Assembly (NCBI GenBank): GCA_964188305.1
Contig: OZ076894.1
Reading direction: 5' to 3' (one strand)
DNA: 64,000 nucleotides
DNA from: Podarcis bocagei
Lineage: Eukaryota
Numbering within the stretch: the first letter of the stretch is position 1; every line of letters starts with the position of its first letter. Below, one piece after another: positions 39,425 through 52,155 of this stretch. The position numbers and the translations under genes were made by a program. The notes under the pieces are model-generated. The model was not told the DNA's origin, searched no databases, and saw only the letters and a list, made by a program, of their open reading frames with translations.

Positions 39425-39961
39425 CGTTGTTGTTTAGTCATTTAGTCATGTCTGACTCTTCGTGACCCCATGGACCAGAGCACGCCAGGCCCTCCTGTCT
39501 TCCACTGCCTCCCGCAGTTTGGTCAAACTCATATTTGTAGCTTCGAGAACACTGTCCAACCACCTTGTCCTCTGTTGTCCCCCTCTCCTTATGCCCCCAA
39601 TCTTTCCCAATATCAGGGTCTTTTCCAGGGAGTCTTCTCTTCTCATGAGGTGGCCAAAGTATTGGAGCCTCAGCTTTAGGATCTGTCATTCCAGTGAGCA
39701 CTCAGGGCTGATTTCCTTAAGAATGGATAGGTTTGATCTTCTTGTAGTCCATGGGCCTCTCAAGAGTCTCCTCCAGCACCATAATTCAAAAGTATCAATT
39801 CGTCGGCAATCAGCCTTCTTTATGGTCCAGCTCTCACTTCCATACATCACTACTGGGAAAACCATAGCTTTAACTATTTGGACCTTTGTCGGCAAGGTTA
39901 TGTCTCTGCTTTTTAAGATGCTGTCTAGGTTTGTCATTGCTTTTCTCCCAAGAAGCAGGCA
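39425..39961 (-). mobile_element. BovB (RTE-clade) LINE, 5'-truncated 3' fragment
   Basis: Minus-strand ORFs MTNLDSILKSRDITLPTKV..VKAMVFPVVMYGSESWT and MRREDSLEKTLILGKI..RWLD..WRALVHGVTKS are typical BovB RT C-terminus; 11-bp TSD ctcccctgtta (39414-39424, 39962-39972). Confidence 0.93.
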
Positions 39962-40002
39962 CTCCCCTGTTATATGTATTATATGTCCCCTTAAATGAAA
40001 GA

Positions 40003-40005
<3 letters not shown>

Positions 40006-40051
<46 letters not shown>

Positions 40052-40598
40052 TTATTATTTATACCCCGCCCATCTGGCTGGGCCTCCCCAGCCACTCTGG
40101 GCGGCTTCCATAAAAACCAAAAATACAATAAAATATCACACGTTAAAAACTTCCCTGAACAGGGCTGCCTTAAGATGTCTCCTGAATGTCAGGTAGTTGT
40201 TTATCGCTTTGACATCTGCTGGAAGGGCGTTCCACAGGGCGGGCGCCACTACCGAGAAGGCCCTCTGCCTGGTTCCCTGTAGCTTTGCTTCTCGCAATGA
40301 GGGAACCGCCAGAAGGCCCTCGGCGCTGGACCTCAGCGTCCGGGCAGAATGATGGGGGTGGAGACGCTCCTTCAGGTATACTGGACCGAGGCCGTTTAGG
40401 GCTTTAAAGGTCAGCACCAACACTTTGAATTGTGCTCAGAAACATACTGGGAGCCAATGCAGGTCTTTCAAGACCGGTGTTATATGGTCTCGGCGGCCGC
40501 TCCCAGTCACCAGTCTAGCTGCCGCATTCTGGATTAGTTGTAGTTTCCGAGTCACCTTCAAAGGTAGCCCCACGTAGAGCGCATTGCAGTAGTCCAAG
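40006..40598 (-). mobile_element. Young L2-clade LINE, 5'-truncated, (TTA)n tail
   Basis: Encodes LDYCNALYVGLPLKVTRKLQLIQNAAARLV...ALFREVFNV, near-identical to 53440-53899. Confidence 0.92.
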
Positions 40599-41559
40599 CT
40601 CTTAGGTCCAGCAGTCCTTTCCACTGCTCTTCTTTATACTTCTTTGAATTTTGCAGGGCACTTGTCCAGCCTAGTAATGTATAGGGAAATGTATGCACAA
40701 GGGTAAAGTGTCCATGAAATACAATGCTATTTTTCAAGAAAAGAGCTGCCGGAACTCACCAGCAATGCCTCCATTGTTCTTTTATAATGACAATGGTGCC
40801 CACCTGAGAGGTGCTGGAACTGAGTTCCAGTGAGATCCAGCTGAACCCCCCCCCCCGATGAAATGCATGTATTAGTGAAAATATTATACAAATATGCATA
40901 TTATTTGGGAACATTGCTTTGTAAAAATGAGTATATTTGGCAAAATTGAACACCAATGTGCATACTAAGAGACAGCACTAAGATTCTGGTTAATTTTCAT
41001 GAGTTGTTTTTTTTAATCACAAACTGATGTGGAAATGTGGAGAACTGATGAGCAACCAAGAGAAATTGAATTTGACAGATTTGCCTTTCCTACTCCAGAA
41101 CACTCCAATAGATGCTTATTTAGTTCTTTTTTAAAAAATGGATTTGTAAACAACCCTAGGGAAATCCTACACGGAGGCAAAAGAAGAGAGGGCATTGTAA
41201 TGTGTGATTTATTAAAATGAGGCACGCCCTAATGGGGACAAATCTACAAAAGCAATAGGAATTATCTTATTTTTCACCTCTTAAATTTGTATTATTTTAG
41301 AATCCAGAACTTTATAGCAGTCACTGACTTATGCATACATTATTATTCCTGACCTTGCATTAAAGAATCAAAACTCTATAGGATGCTTTACAGATTTAAG
41401 CCACATATATCAACTTGGCTCCGTTAATTGTCACTGTAGCCATTTTGCTACATTATTTGCTAATCACCTCTGTCCTTTTAGCATTGCATTTTCTTCTTAC
41501 CTTATTCCTCTCCATCCTCACTCCTCAATGTGTGTATATAAGCCTGCAAATTTACGATG

Positions 41560-41650
41560 ACACTTCATACATCTGATGAAGTGAACTTTCATCTATTGGA
41601 GCTTATAAATTTGTTAGTCTTTCAGGTGACACAAGACTCTTTGGTTTTTA
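41560..41650 (+). mobile_element. Degenerate Penelope-like pLTR remnant with decayed hammerhead
   Basis: catctgatgaagtg...agcttataaatttgttagtctttcaggtgacacaagactc resembles sauropsid PLE pLTRs; the GAAA motif is lost. Confidence 0.5.
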
Positions 41651-42402
41651 TGAGTAAGAGAGAAATTGCTTCCATTTATGGTGCAGTTGTATCTAACTTT
41701 TCCAGCACACAGTATCAGCTCTGTGTTGGATTGAGTCTACCCTTTAATGCTTTAGGAATTCACCCTAGTGTGCGGCTTTACTAAATGTTACGTGAAACTC
41801 ATGACCCTAACCATCCCCTGCTAAGGAAGAATGGACACATTTTCTATTGCTGTTGACTGGCAATAGAAAAGGTGACCACAAAAGGGCAATTGAAAAACTG
41901 ACAACAAGCCTAAACAGCAGTCTAGGAGACATTTTCCCTACATGGTTTCTGTATATGGAATTTTTAAAGGCAATGGCCACCTAAGATGTAGACAGACAAA
42001 CTTCACATTTGAGTCGGTTTATGACTGCAAAACATACACGTAATACATCAGCTGGGGCAAGTTTATGCATGTAGAAGTAGCTTGGTTTTCCTTAAAATAC
42101 ATGAGACTGGAGGCTTGACCTTCATCTGATTCTTATTTCTTTATTTCTATCTATCATTTCATCATTGTTGATCCCAGAGCAGGATGCCTCATGTAATGAA
42201 TCATGATAATTTAATCAAGAGCAAACAACTGTTGAAATGCCATTATTAAAATTTCGCATTGTAGCTGTTGTTACACGAATACATCCCTTTCCCTGTAGAA
42301 CTGCTATTTATGTATATTACATGCCGGTATCTATGCCTGAGTATGGAGCGTAACCTGATTAACCCCTCTTAACTGACAGCTGTCTATGCACTTAAAGGAT
42401 TT

Positions 42403-42630
42403 ACAGTTCAAAAGCATGTCAAAGTGCAAGTAGACAAATAGGTACCGCTTCGGCGGGAAGGTAAACGGTGTTTCCGTGTGCTGCTCTGGTTCGCCATGCT
42501 TAGTCATGCTGGCCACATGACCCAGAAGCTGTACACCGGCTCCCTCGGCCAAAAAAGCGAGATGAGCGCCGCAACTCCAGAGTCGGCCACGATTGGACCT
42601 AACGGTCAGGGGTCCCTTTACCTTTACCTT
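42403..42630 (+). mobile_element. 5'-truncated Sauria SINE
   Basis: Matches the 3' two-thirds of 20949-21301; ACCTTT tail. Confidence 0.88.
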
Positions 42631-44148
42631 ACAATTATTATTATTATTTTGTCCAGAAATGATTAAATGACTCTTATTTGAGCTTTATAGCTCTTGTGGT
42701 TCACCCTTTGACATGGAAATCTTTATTTGGCTATTTAAAATCTCCAGTCCACTTCCAGTACCAATTGCCTTCAGTAACATACTGATTTGATCTATGATAT
42801 TTATTTCATGGAGCTATTATTGTTTTATTAGTTTTGCATGTAGCTATTTTTTTGCATGGATTGGGGATAGGTAACATTATAAGGGAGTCTTTTCAAATAA
42901 AGGCCGAAGTATGCTAATATTTCCTTAGTTTATTTGCTTGATCTCTTTTCCCACGTGAGGGATTTCTCTGTGTATTTTGATTTTAGCATGCAGATAGCAA
43001 TGGGATATGATGTCAGCTCTTTTTGTCCACAGATCATCTGCTGCAAGGCAACTACATTACAGGTATTCCCTGGATGTCCTGACAGTAATTGTAATGGTAT
43101 TCACATAGCTGATCTTCTAAGGGTCTATTCTCTTAACACACTGAATCTGGTGTTGAATTTGTTTGCCTCTGTTGTGGCAATGATGAAGCTGAGAGTATTG
43201 TGAGAGTCCCAAAAGTGAGCAATATTCCTTGTGAAGCAGCTTTGGAGGGAAAACTCGGATCAGACAATTGAAGGAGCTTGCTACTGGCTGCTTTTGAGGG
43301 CAACTCTGTGCATTGGGGACTAATAAAAAAACATTATCAGTTCAAACATAAAGTGGTCTTTATGAAATTGGATTTAAGCCTTTTCTCTCGTCCTCAGTCA
43401 TGTTATAACAGCTCAAGCTTCCAGTGTTACAAATACTGCAAACCATTTTTGCCTAAGTAAGACCCTTTAAAAAATATTTGGAATATTGGGCCAGTGTTGA
43501 AATTGTCTTCAGCATATATTATTCTGTACTTGTAAACATTTAGCTGAATCTTTTAAACTATTTTCAGAAAATGAAAGCTGTTCTGATTGCTCTTTAGGTT
43601 CTGGTTCATCATGTGCATGAACCTTAGTCCTGTGTACTTCTGTTTTATCTCCAGCATGGCTGTGAGGAGATCAGAAGCATCTACTTCCATTTTCAGTTAG
43701 CTGAAGATTGTTGTCATGCCCAAACTGGGATTTTCAGTTAGCATTAATGATGGTTTGGCCAAGCATGCTAGGGTAATTAACTGCGGTTTGAATTTGGTTT
43801 ATTTGGGCATGTCATAATTAAAGTGAACCACAGCTTATGCAGGTTCAGATATATAACTACAAACCTTGGTTAGTTGAAGGTGGAAAGAAATACTGAAGAG
43901 GAGAAAGGAGGATGAGTCCAGGAGCCTGAGATGCATGCATATAACATTAATTTATGGTTTAGTGCTACATGAAAACACAGCCTAGGTGCTATAAAATAGC
44001 CTAAACAAGGCACAATGGGCTTTTACAGAGCCCAAAGCCTAAGGAACAGTTAGGGATTGAAGTTGGAGTATTGTTGGCATAGATGTCTAAAAATAGTAGT
44101 CCACTCTACTGTGGTCATTCTCCAGATGTCCTTTTCTTTGGAAGTTAG

Positions 44149-44403
44149 AAGAAGAAGAAGAGAAGAAGAGTTTGGATTTGATATCCCGCCTTTCACTCCC
44201 TTTAAGGAGTCTCAAAGTGGCTAACATTCTCCTTTCCCTTCCTCCCCCACAACAAACACTCTGTGAAGTGAGTGGGGCTGAGAGACTTCAAAGAAGTGTG
44301 GCTGGCCCAAGGTCACCCAGCAGCTGCATATGGAGGAGCGGAGACGCAAACCCGGTTTCCCAGATTATGAGACTGCCGCTCTTAACCACTACACCACACT
44401 GGC
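44149..44403 (-). mobile_element. Young Squam3-like SINE
   Basis: Inverted near-identical copy of 19947-20199; probable TSD aagttaga (44142-44149, 44408-44415). Confidence 0.88.
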
Positions 44404-46225
44404 TTTAAAGTTAGACTTTACTGGAAAGTTTTCTAGTGCCTACTTTGCTGAGCTGACGTTCCAAGTTAAGGTAGCACCCTTAAGGTTTACCCAGCTTTTA
44501 GCAAACTATAAACTATTGAAAGTCATGGAAAAGCCATTATTTGCAAATCTGTTTTTGTTGTTATGCTGATAACCACAGAAATCACTGTGCAGCTATATTT
44601 GGCAAATATCAGGGTTGGTTGTTTTTGTTGTCCATTCCCCTCACTAAACTTACTTCCTTGCCATTGGCATGACATAACTGTCTTTTACTGTATCGGGTAT
44701 AATTTATTGCTGTCCTTATTCCATTTGCCGTTTTGCCTCTGCTACTATTTTCTTCTTGTAGGGCATAAAGGGGAAACAAAGGTTAGTTGTCTGTACAATA
44801 TATGTACTGTACTGTATACACAAATTTCCATAGTATTTGTAACAAGCAAAAATAAAGAGCTCTTCTGATAAAGGGAAAAATGCAGCAGGGAAAGCCAATT
44901 GAGATCCAGTTGTGATTTAATAAATAGCTCCCACTGTGTCTCATATCTTCAGCAGGGGAAATATTCAGCAGTTTAGATAGACATGAAATTGCAGCTCTTT
45001 CTAGCATTCCACTGCTAGAAGAGCTGCTCTATTTAAACGACTGAACAATTCCCCGTGACAAAGGCATCAAAATGGCCCAGGAATTAGTTATTAAATTCTG
45101 AGTGCACCTTCCTGGCTCTGTATGGGGCATTTTCCTACATGCTGTTGTAAGTCTTTACACCCTTCATATATGTTTGTGTTTATATGCATGTATATTTCAT
45201 TTATATCTTTGGGTCTGCTCTAACTCATCTGTCTGGTATACTGCTTCAGTTAATGCAAATCCACTGGAAAGATCAGGTCAAGTTGACTTCAGCATGTGAT
45301 GCTTGTGATTTGATAGAAACTTTTAGAACTGTTGAAGTACATGCATTCTCTGGAAGTGACAGTGTTTCTTTACATTAGTGGTACCATGTCAGCAGGATCT
45401 CTCTGAAGTACTTAGCAAAAGACAGCCTTGGGGGCATGTCTGTGCTGCAAGAAAATGGGCCTTTTAGTACATTGTTGATCATATCATTAAAAATGCAGTT
45501 GCAATGCATTGTTACTCTTTTGTGCTCCTATATAAGAACAACATCTGTTGTACAGATGGATTTTGCATGGACTTGCATTAGTTTCCATGCTCTTCATAGA
45601 GACTCATTCCTCTTCTAAAACAAACAAAATAAAACAAAACAAAACAAAAGGTTCTAAATTCATGCTCTGATTCCTTGCTTGACTGACAGTGAGAGAGGAA
45701 ACCTTGGAATCCAGAATTATTTCATTGGAAATCAGTAACAATCACTGAGGTTACCTGGTACTCATGGCAAGGGCACTCAGATTCTGAATGGAAATGGGGT
45801 GTAGTCAGAAATGAACTCCCTCCAGGTCAGAAAACCCATCATAAATTGAGCCCCAAAGCCTCCTGAAGTTTAGACCCAGCTCATACTGGCTTAATGCACC
45901 AACCCTTATCCCTGATTCTTCCCTTTTTGAAACTTATCCTGCTTGTGGGCACAGTGCACCTCTATACTACTCAGAATTAAGTCCTAATGAATTCAGTGGA
46001 GCTTTATTCCAGATAAATGGCTACAGGAGTGCAGCCTAAGTTATGAAAATTGCTCAGCAGTATTCTTTAAAAAATGAATCTATGTTTTACTGGGTTTATG
46101 GAAGAACCATCTTATCAAGGCCGGTCTTACTATTTGGTAGAGTGGGGTGGCCATATTAGGTAGCTGATTTTAAGTGGCATTCAAGAAACTAGTTAGCTAT
46201 TTATTATTATTGTTGTTGTGTGTAT

Positions 46226-46259
<34 letters not shown>

Positions 46260-47989
46260 CAAGGGAGGGGAAGAGGCACGTTTGAGATTTTCTGGTTCAG
46301 GTGCCAAAATACACTGACTAGCCTTAGGTACTACTGCAAATTGTTTGGTATTGAGAGGTGGGCATCATTTGCTGCTCTATCTCAGCCAGAAAAAAGTTTT
46401 GGGCTTTTACTGCATCTTAGAGAATGAAGAGAACTGCTGATGTTCTCTTCGTATTCCATTGGGTCTGCCCTGTTCCAAGCATATATCTCACAGCAGTCAC
46501 AGGGGAAAAAAGAGAAATAAATGTACGCTGTGTGGGTGGGTGAAACAAAGAGTGTCGCAGATCTCTTGCTAATATAAACGAGCTCATCTTCATTTATTTG
46601 CATTGAGAATCATTCTCTCCCCGAGATTATGTCTTTATGTGCCTTATGTGTTCTGTGTGTTCCAATATCAGAAAGCAGTATAACATTCCATCTTCTTCAA
46701 GGTGGGGGAATAAAATAGTCCAGATTCCTGACGATTCTGTCCCTCTGTATGTATCTTCAGCACCTACTTAAAATCTCTCACATAGAGAATTAATGCAAAC
46801 TGTGGATGCTTAAAGAGCAGCCCCAGATAAAAAGATAGCTTGATGGGATGTATAATTTGCTTCTGCCATTCCCAGTGTTAACAGCAGGGCATGGGTTGCC
46901 CTAGTATCTGTAGCTTCTTTGTTCATTTACAGAGGGCCTTGGCCACGGAACTGTGAGGCTTCCCTAATGCTTCCTTCCTTTTGTTGCACAGCTGAATCCT
47001 ATCAGTTGTGTAAGGCTTTGAATACCCACATAGGCGGCTGCCATTATCATGAAATGAAGAAGGGAAAATTCCATTTAAAAACTGGCCACAATCACTTGAC
47101 TTTACATTTTTTCCCCTGTAGCTTGTTTCATTGTTAGTTGAAGCTCTGTATTTCCATTGTGGTCTTTTCACTCATGCTTCAGAGCCAGAAGTGCAGGGTA
47201 CAGCTGGCTACAGACAACCTTGAAATCCTAAATAGGAGGAAGGGCAGCATAGGGCTATTTCAAATAAATGAATAAAATAGGGGGCAAGGGGTTGTAACAA
47301 ATGGCTTTCAATATGCTTTACTGACAGCTATGGAGCTGCAGGTGTGCAGCTGCAGGGGGAATTGCTGTCATTGGCACATCACTATTCTTTCCCATAAAAC
47401 ATCCAAAAGTGATTCACATTTTTTTTAAAAAAAAAAAATCAACAATAAAAGCTGATGTGAAACAATTTCAGGTTCAGTACAGATACAGGTATAGACTGAC
47501 ACAGATAAACTATGTACACCATTGTTTCTCACTGATTGCATGCAGAGAGGAGGCGGCAGAAGAAACCTGTGGAGTCTATGGCCCTCCATAGGGTGCTGGA
47601 TTCCAATTCTCATCATCTCATTGTGTGTTCTGGCTGGTGCTGATGAGAGCCAAAGTCCAACAGCCTCTGGTGGTCCACAGGTTCCACTCCTTGCAGCAGA
47701 GGAAGGGAGGCGGCTGGCACATTCAATGCACAGTGTTTTGTGGGGAGGTCCTGATGTCTGCTTACACATAAAGGGGCCCCTGGTACAATGAAAGGCATTA
47801 TCCTCTTCCTGCTCCCTTCTTATCAGAGACCTTGGAATTATATTTCCATAGCTGAATCAGAAAACAAAAGTTTTTTTTTATTTTTAAAAATCATTTTCCC
47901 CCAGAAAATTATCCGTAAAACATAAACTTATATCACAAGCCTGTAATTCCCATGTGATCAGCAGGGTTTACTCCCAGATAGTTATTACA

Positions 47990-48058
47990 AATAATAATAT
48001 TTGTACCTTGCTCATCTGACTGGGATTGCCCCAGCTGCTCTGGGCGGCTTCCAGCATA
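47990..48058 (-). mobile_element. L2 3'-end fragment; a similar stub lies at about 63244-63304
   Basis: Matches the 3' UTR of the young L2 copies (catctg...ccagc..ctctgggcggcttcca). Confidence 0.65.
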
Positions 48059-48165
48059 TATATATATATACATACACACATACATTAAACAAAGATAACT
48101 GCGCACAGGATTGTAATCTAAATTATGCAGTTCATAAACAGGAATCATAAAAGAACTCTTTAAGA

Positions 48166-48717
48166 CAGAGGTTTTCAACCAGTGTGCAATGCCACCCTGG
48201 GGTGCCTTGAATGATGGCCAGGGGTGCCACAGGCAACACTGGCCTCTGTCCCCCTTTCCTTCCCACCCTCCTCTAATGCCCTCTTGCATCTCTGCCTTCT
48301 AAAGGCTTCCACAGCTGTTTGTTGCTGCAGCCCTGCTGCCGCCACTGCTGCCTCCCTAGGTAAGGTGCTGGCCTCATGTTCACCTTTGGCCAGTCTCCGT
48401 TGGGCCACTAAGGCTGGGGGCATCCTCTGCCCAGATCCCTGTGGGGCAGTGTGAGGAGGCACCTCTTTTGGGGGCAGGAAGCAGCTCAAAGACCAGGGGT
48501 GGCAGCAGCGGCTGCCTGGAGGACTCCCAAGGAGAGGGGAGGAGAGGCGGCTGAGGGAACACTCCGCAAGGGACGGTGTTCGAAAAAGGGTGAGAGGCTG
48601 CAAGTTCTGCAGGCAAGGGGTGACATAGTAACAGGGCTCCTGAGCCCCACAGGGGTGCTGCAGAAAGATTGTAGTTGGTCAAATGAGCCGTGGACTCAAA
48701 AAGGTTGAAAACCTCTG
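48166..48717. mobile_element. Non-autonomous hAT with GC-rich interior
   Basis: Perfect 15-bp TIR CAGAGGTTTTCAACC; perfect TSD ctttaaga (48158-48165, 48718-48725). Confidence 0.93.
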
Positions 48718-51700
48718 CTTTAAGAGGCAGAATATTGAGAAATTTCTAACATTTACTTACTATCTTTGACCGATCGTCACAAGTTTGGATAACTGAGGTT
48801 TCCTCCCTACTCTCCATAGAGTGGTAACACCAGGGCTGTCCTGGGATTTCCATGCTGTTGGTATTTTTTCCTTCTTTTTATGACTCTCTTCTATACCTGG
48901 TTTTGAGAGCTTCTATTGGGGCCAGAACCATTTGTGACCCGCCATGTTTAACTGAGCTTAACATTTCTGTGTGGTGGCTCAATGGCTTGATTAATATTTT
49001 GGGTTTTTTGTTGTTGCCTGCTTAGAAATGTAAGAAAAGAAAATGGGGGGGGGGTACACATGTGTGCGTGCGCACACACACATGCATGTATTTGGCTGGC
49101 AATCACTGCTGCTGATAACACTTGATGCATCATGGGACAGCCCTGTATCAGTAAGAGGAAATAGTGCCAGATAGATTTCTTTACTGCCCTGGCAACCTTT
49201 GAATTAAAGAGTGTAATACAAATTCAAATTAATAATTATAACAACAATACATTTCATAGTGGAAAAATCGTATTCTTCTGTCTTAATTGAGCCAGGGATG
49301 CAGTGGTACTGATCAGGCCAAACGTAACTTTCATGGGAGAAGTTCCCACCTTCCCAGCTTTAAATACTAACTGTGAAGGAGACATTCCTTACAGCCATTT
49401 AGGTTACCATATCATAGCAGATATCTAGTTGCACAATATCTTGCTCACAATATGCTACATCGTTGCAAAAATGTCAGATCCCATACTTAAGTTAGGACCA
49501 AGATCAGTGCTCTCTGTCGCCTCTGGCATGGTATGCTGTTATTCTTACTGACCTTATATCCAGCTAGGCCAAGAGTTTGTGTAGAACTGTGTGTGTGTAC
49601 ACTGCAGTTTATATGTTGCTACTATGAGAAAACAGATACAGGTAGACAACTGTTAGATTACTGTTAGGCACCATAGATAACGACCTCTGCAGCAATCCCA
49701 GCAACAGAGAGTTTTATTTGGTTATACAATTTTCATGACATATGAGCTGATGCATGTCCAGATGGGAAACAGAATGTGTGAAATGAGCAGTTGCGGGATA
49801 TGGCTGGTAACAATTCCTATGATTGCAGTGGCACTTTCCCCAGCTGCCTCAGCCCATGGAAACCGAATTATCTTGTCCATAACAATGCAAACCTAAGGAA
49901 AAATACATTGTGGGAATTCTCCCATGAGCATCTATGGAATACCATTTTGAAAATTTAATGTTTCATTCTAGTTCTCATGAATAAAATGAATTTAATTTTT
50001 ATTCATAAAGGCACAGGAATCCCATTTTTATGTTTCAAGTAATAAAGAAAAAAACAATGTTTATGTTCAATACAAGCCTGTGGGGTGAGGTTCTATAAGG
50101 GTGTGTCCACAAATTAGCTGCCAAGTAGTGGACACTGCAGTGACCAATCAAAGTTGTGCAAAATATTTTTGGAACAATAATAGAATCATAGAGTTGGACG
50201 GGACCATGAGGGTCACCTAATCCAACTCCTTGCAATATTTTGCCCATCGTGGGTTTTGAACCCATGACACTATTCCCAAGAGTCCCTCAACCTCCAGGAA
50301 CAGATTTTCAGAAGGCGCAGTAGCCTACGATGGGAAGGGGAGGTCCCTTTCCATAAATCCCATTCACAGAAGAAAAGTTAGGAGCCAAACCAATGATAAT
50401 AAAATTATTAGCTGATTTGCGAAGACCACCACCTTTGTTGTAGAATGGGAAGATAGATGCAGTTGTGCCCTTTTTATTTTACAACTTTGTGATTATGTTA
50501 AGTAAGGCAGATGGACAAAGTGGACCAACACATTTGGTAAGTTTTTGGATGAGAGGGTCTGTTTGCAATGTGCCTGACTAATTTACCTTACATGCAGGCA
50601 CTGCTAAATGTCCATATCTTACATGTCTATTAGCTGTGGGAGTAGGATAACTCATTTATATTGCAATAAACTTAATGTACTGAAAACACATAAAAGCTAA
50701 TCACAACACAATTTTCCTCTGTATTTTCATAACCATTAATGTCCCATAAATGAGAGTTCTCAGTTTAATGAAATATATGAAGTGCAATTAAGTTGTTGGA
50801 TATATTGATTAATTTATTTCCAGTCTTTGTGTGCTTTGGGCATATTGTATGCTTTAAAAACCATAAATAGGCACACTGAGAGGTCTTTATAGAAACAACT
50901 TCCACTACTTTAGAAACTACTGAGTCTGTATCAGTTTGGGCATAGATTAAGTCTCAAATGGGCTAAAAATATACATGTTGGCCATAATCCAGAGAGCTCC
51001 TTTTGCTTTTGTATACCCATCCAGTCAGCCGAGCTTTGCTTCACTGAGAAAGCCCCAACCCTCAACCCTCAAGAGTTCCTATGTTTCAGAAATAATCTGC
51101 TGTGTGTTGCAATGTTTGAACAAACCTAAGTAAAATCCTTGCTGGGCATGTAGAGATACTTTCATGAGTGTTTAGACTTTGGCAACTGATTAAGGCAGTT
51201 TCAAAAGTACATGGTTGGGGGTGTGTGTGGAGAATGAGAAACAGAAGTCTTGATACTAAGTCCATGTCTTCCTCCTGGAATATCAGAGGGTGCATCCCTG
51301 TACTTTCCAGGCTGACATGTATGTCATGCAGCCACCAGTGAATCAGTGGCTCCTCCAGACTTGATCTGCACATGGTTTTGTCTGCTCGACTACTTTCCTC
51401 CTGCTCCAACTAGATTCCATATAGTTTCCCCTTCTTCTTCTCCCAAGGTTGAGCTAGTACATTTAGAAGTGTAATGTAGGCAAGGGCACTGACAGTGTCA
51501 TCTGCTGGGAGAAGAGCTTCTACTAAAAATGAATGGGGCTGAATTGTTGAGCTAGAAGGTGGTACTTCCCCAAGCCTTGTTCTTTTGGTGTAGGCTGGGG
51601 ACCGCCCTTCTTCATGTCTACCATTAGATTGACTTGAATTTGTCTGAGGATGGAGACCTATTTTAACTGGAAATGCCAGTGTCTAAATTCCAATGGGTTG

Positions 51701-51721
51701 GCCTACTGTTTATTTATTTCA

Positions 51722-51864
51722 CAGAATCATAGAATTGAAGAATTGGAAGGGACCCTGAGGACCTTCTGGTCCAACCCCCTGCAATGCAGGGATATGCAGC
51801 TGTCTCATACGGGGATTGAACCTGCAACCTTGGCATTATCAGCACCACACTCTATCAACTGAGC
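51722..51864 (-). mobile_element. tRNA-Ile-derived, CR1-tailed SINE; partial copy at 50181-50270
   Basis: Minus strand agctcagttgatagagtgtggtgctgataatgccaaggttgcaggttcaatccccgta...ttctatgattctg. Confidence 0.78.
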
Positions 51865-52155
51865 TTTTTGTTTATATTCATTTATTTTCTTAGATTTCTC
51901 ACCTGCCCTTGACTACAGGGTCACAGGGCAGGTTACAACAATAATATATACAATTATAAAACAAATGAAACAGCTCCATCCATCCATAAAATAATTACAA
52001 AGCATTTAAAAATAATTCCACAAATAAAAACAAAAGAAAATAGTTTTAGTAGAGATGCAGCTGGGATACAGATCTCCACTTAAAAGGTTTGTTTCAGAAC
52101 ACTGAACATTTCTGCCTCTCTTAGGAGAGTTTCATCCCCACAACTAAGTTATTTA

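Noticed and set aside
46382-46603. MEYEENISS peptide vaguely like GPM6A exon 1 (MEENMEE)
   Set aside because: Wrong strand, poor match and no donor site; the true first exon was not found in the window.
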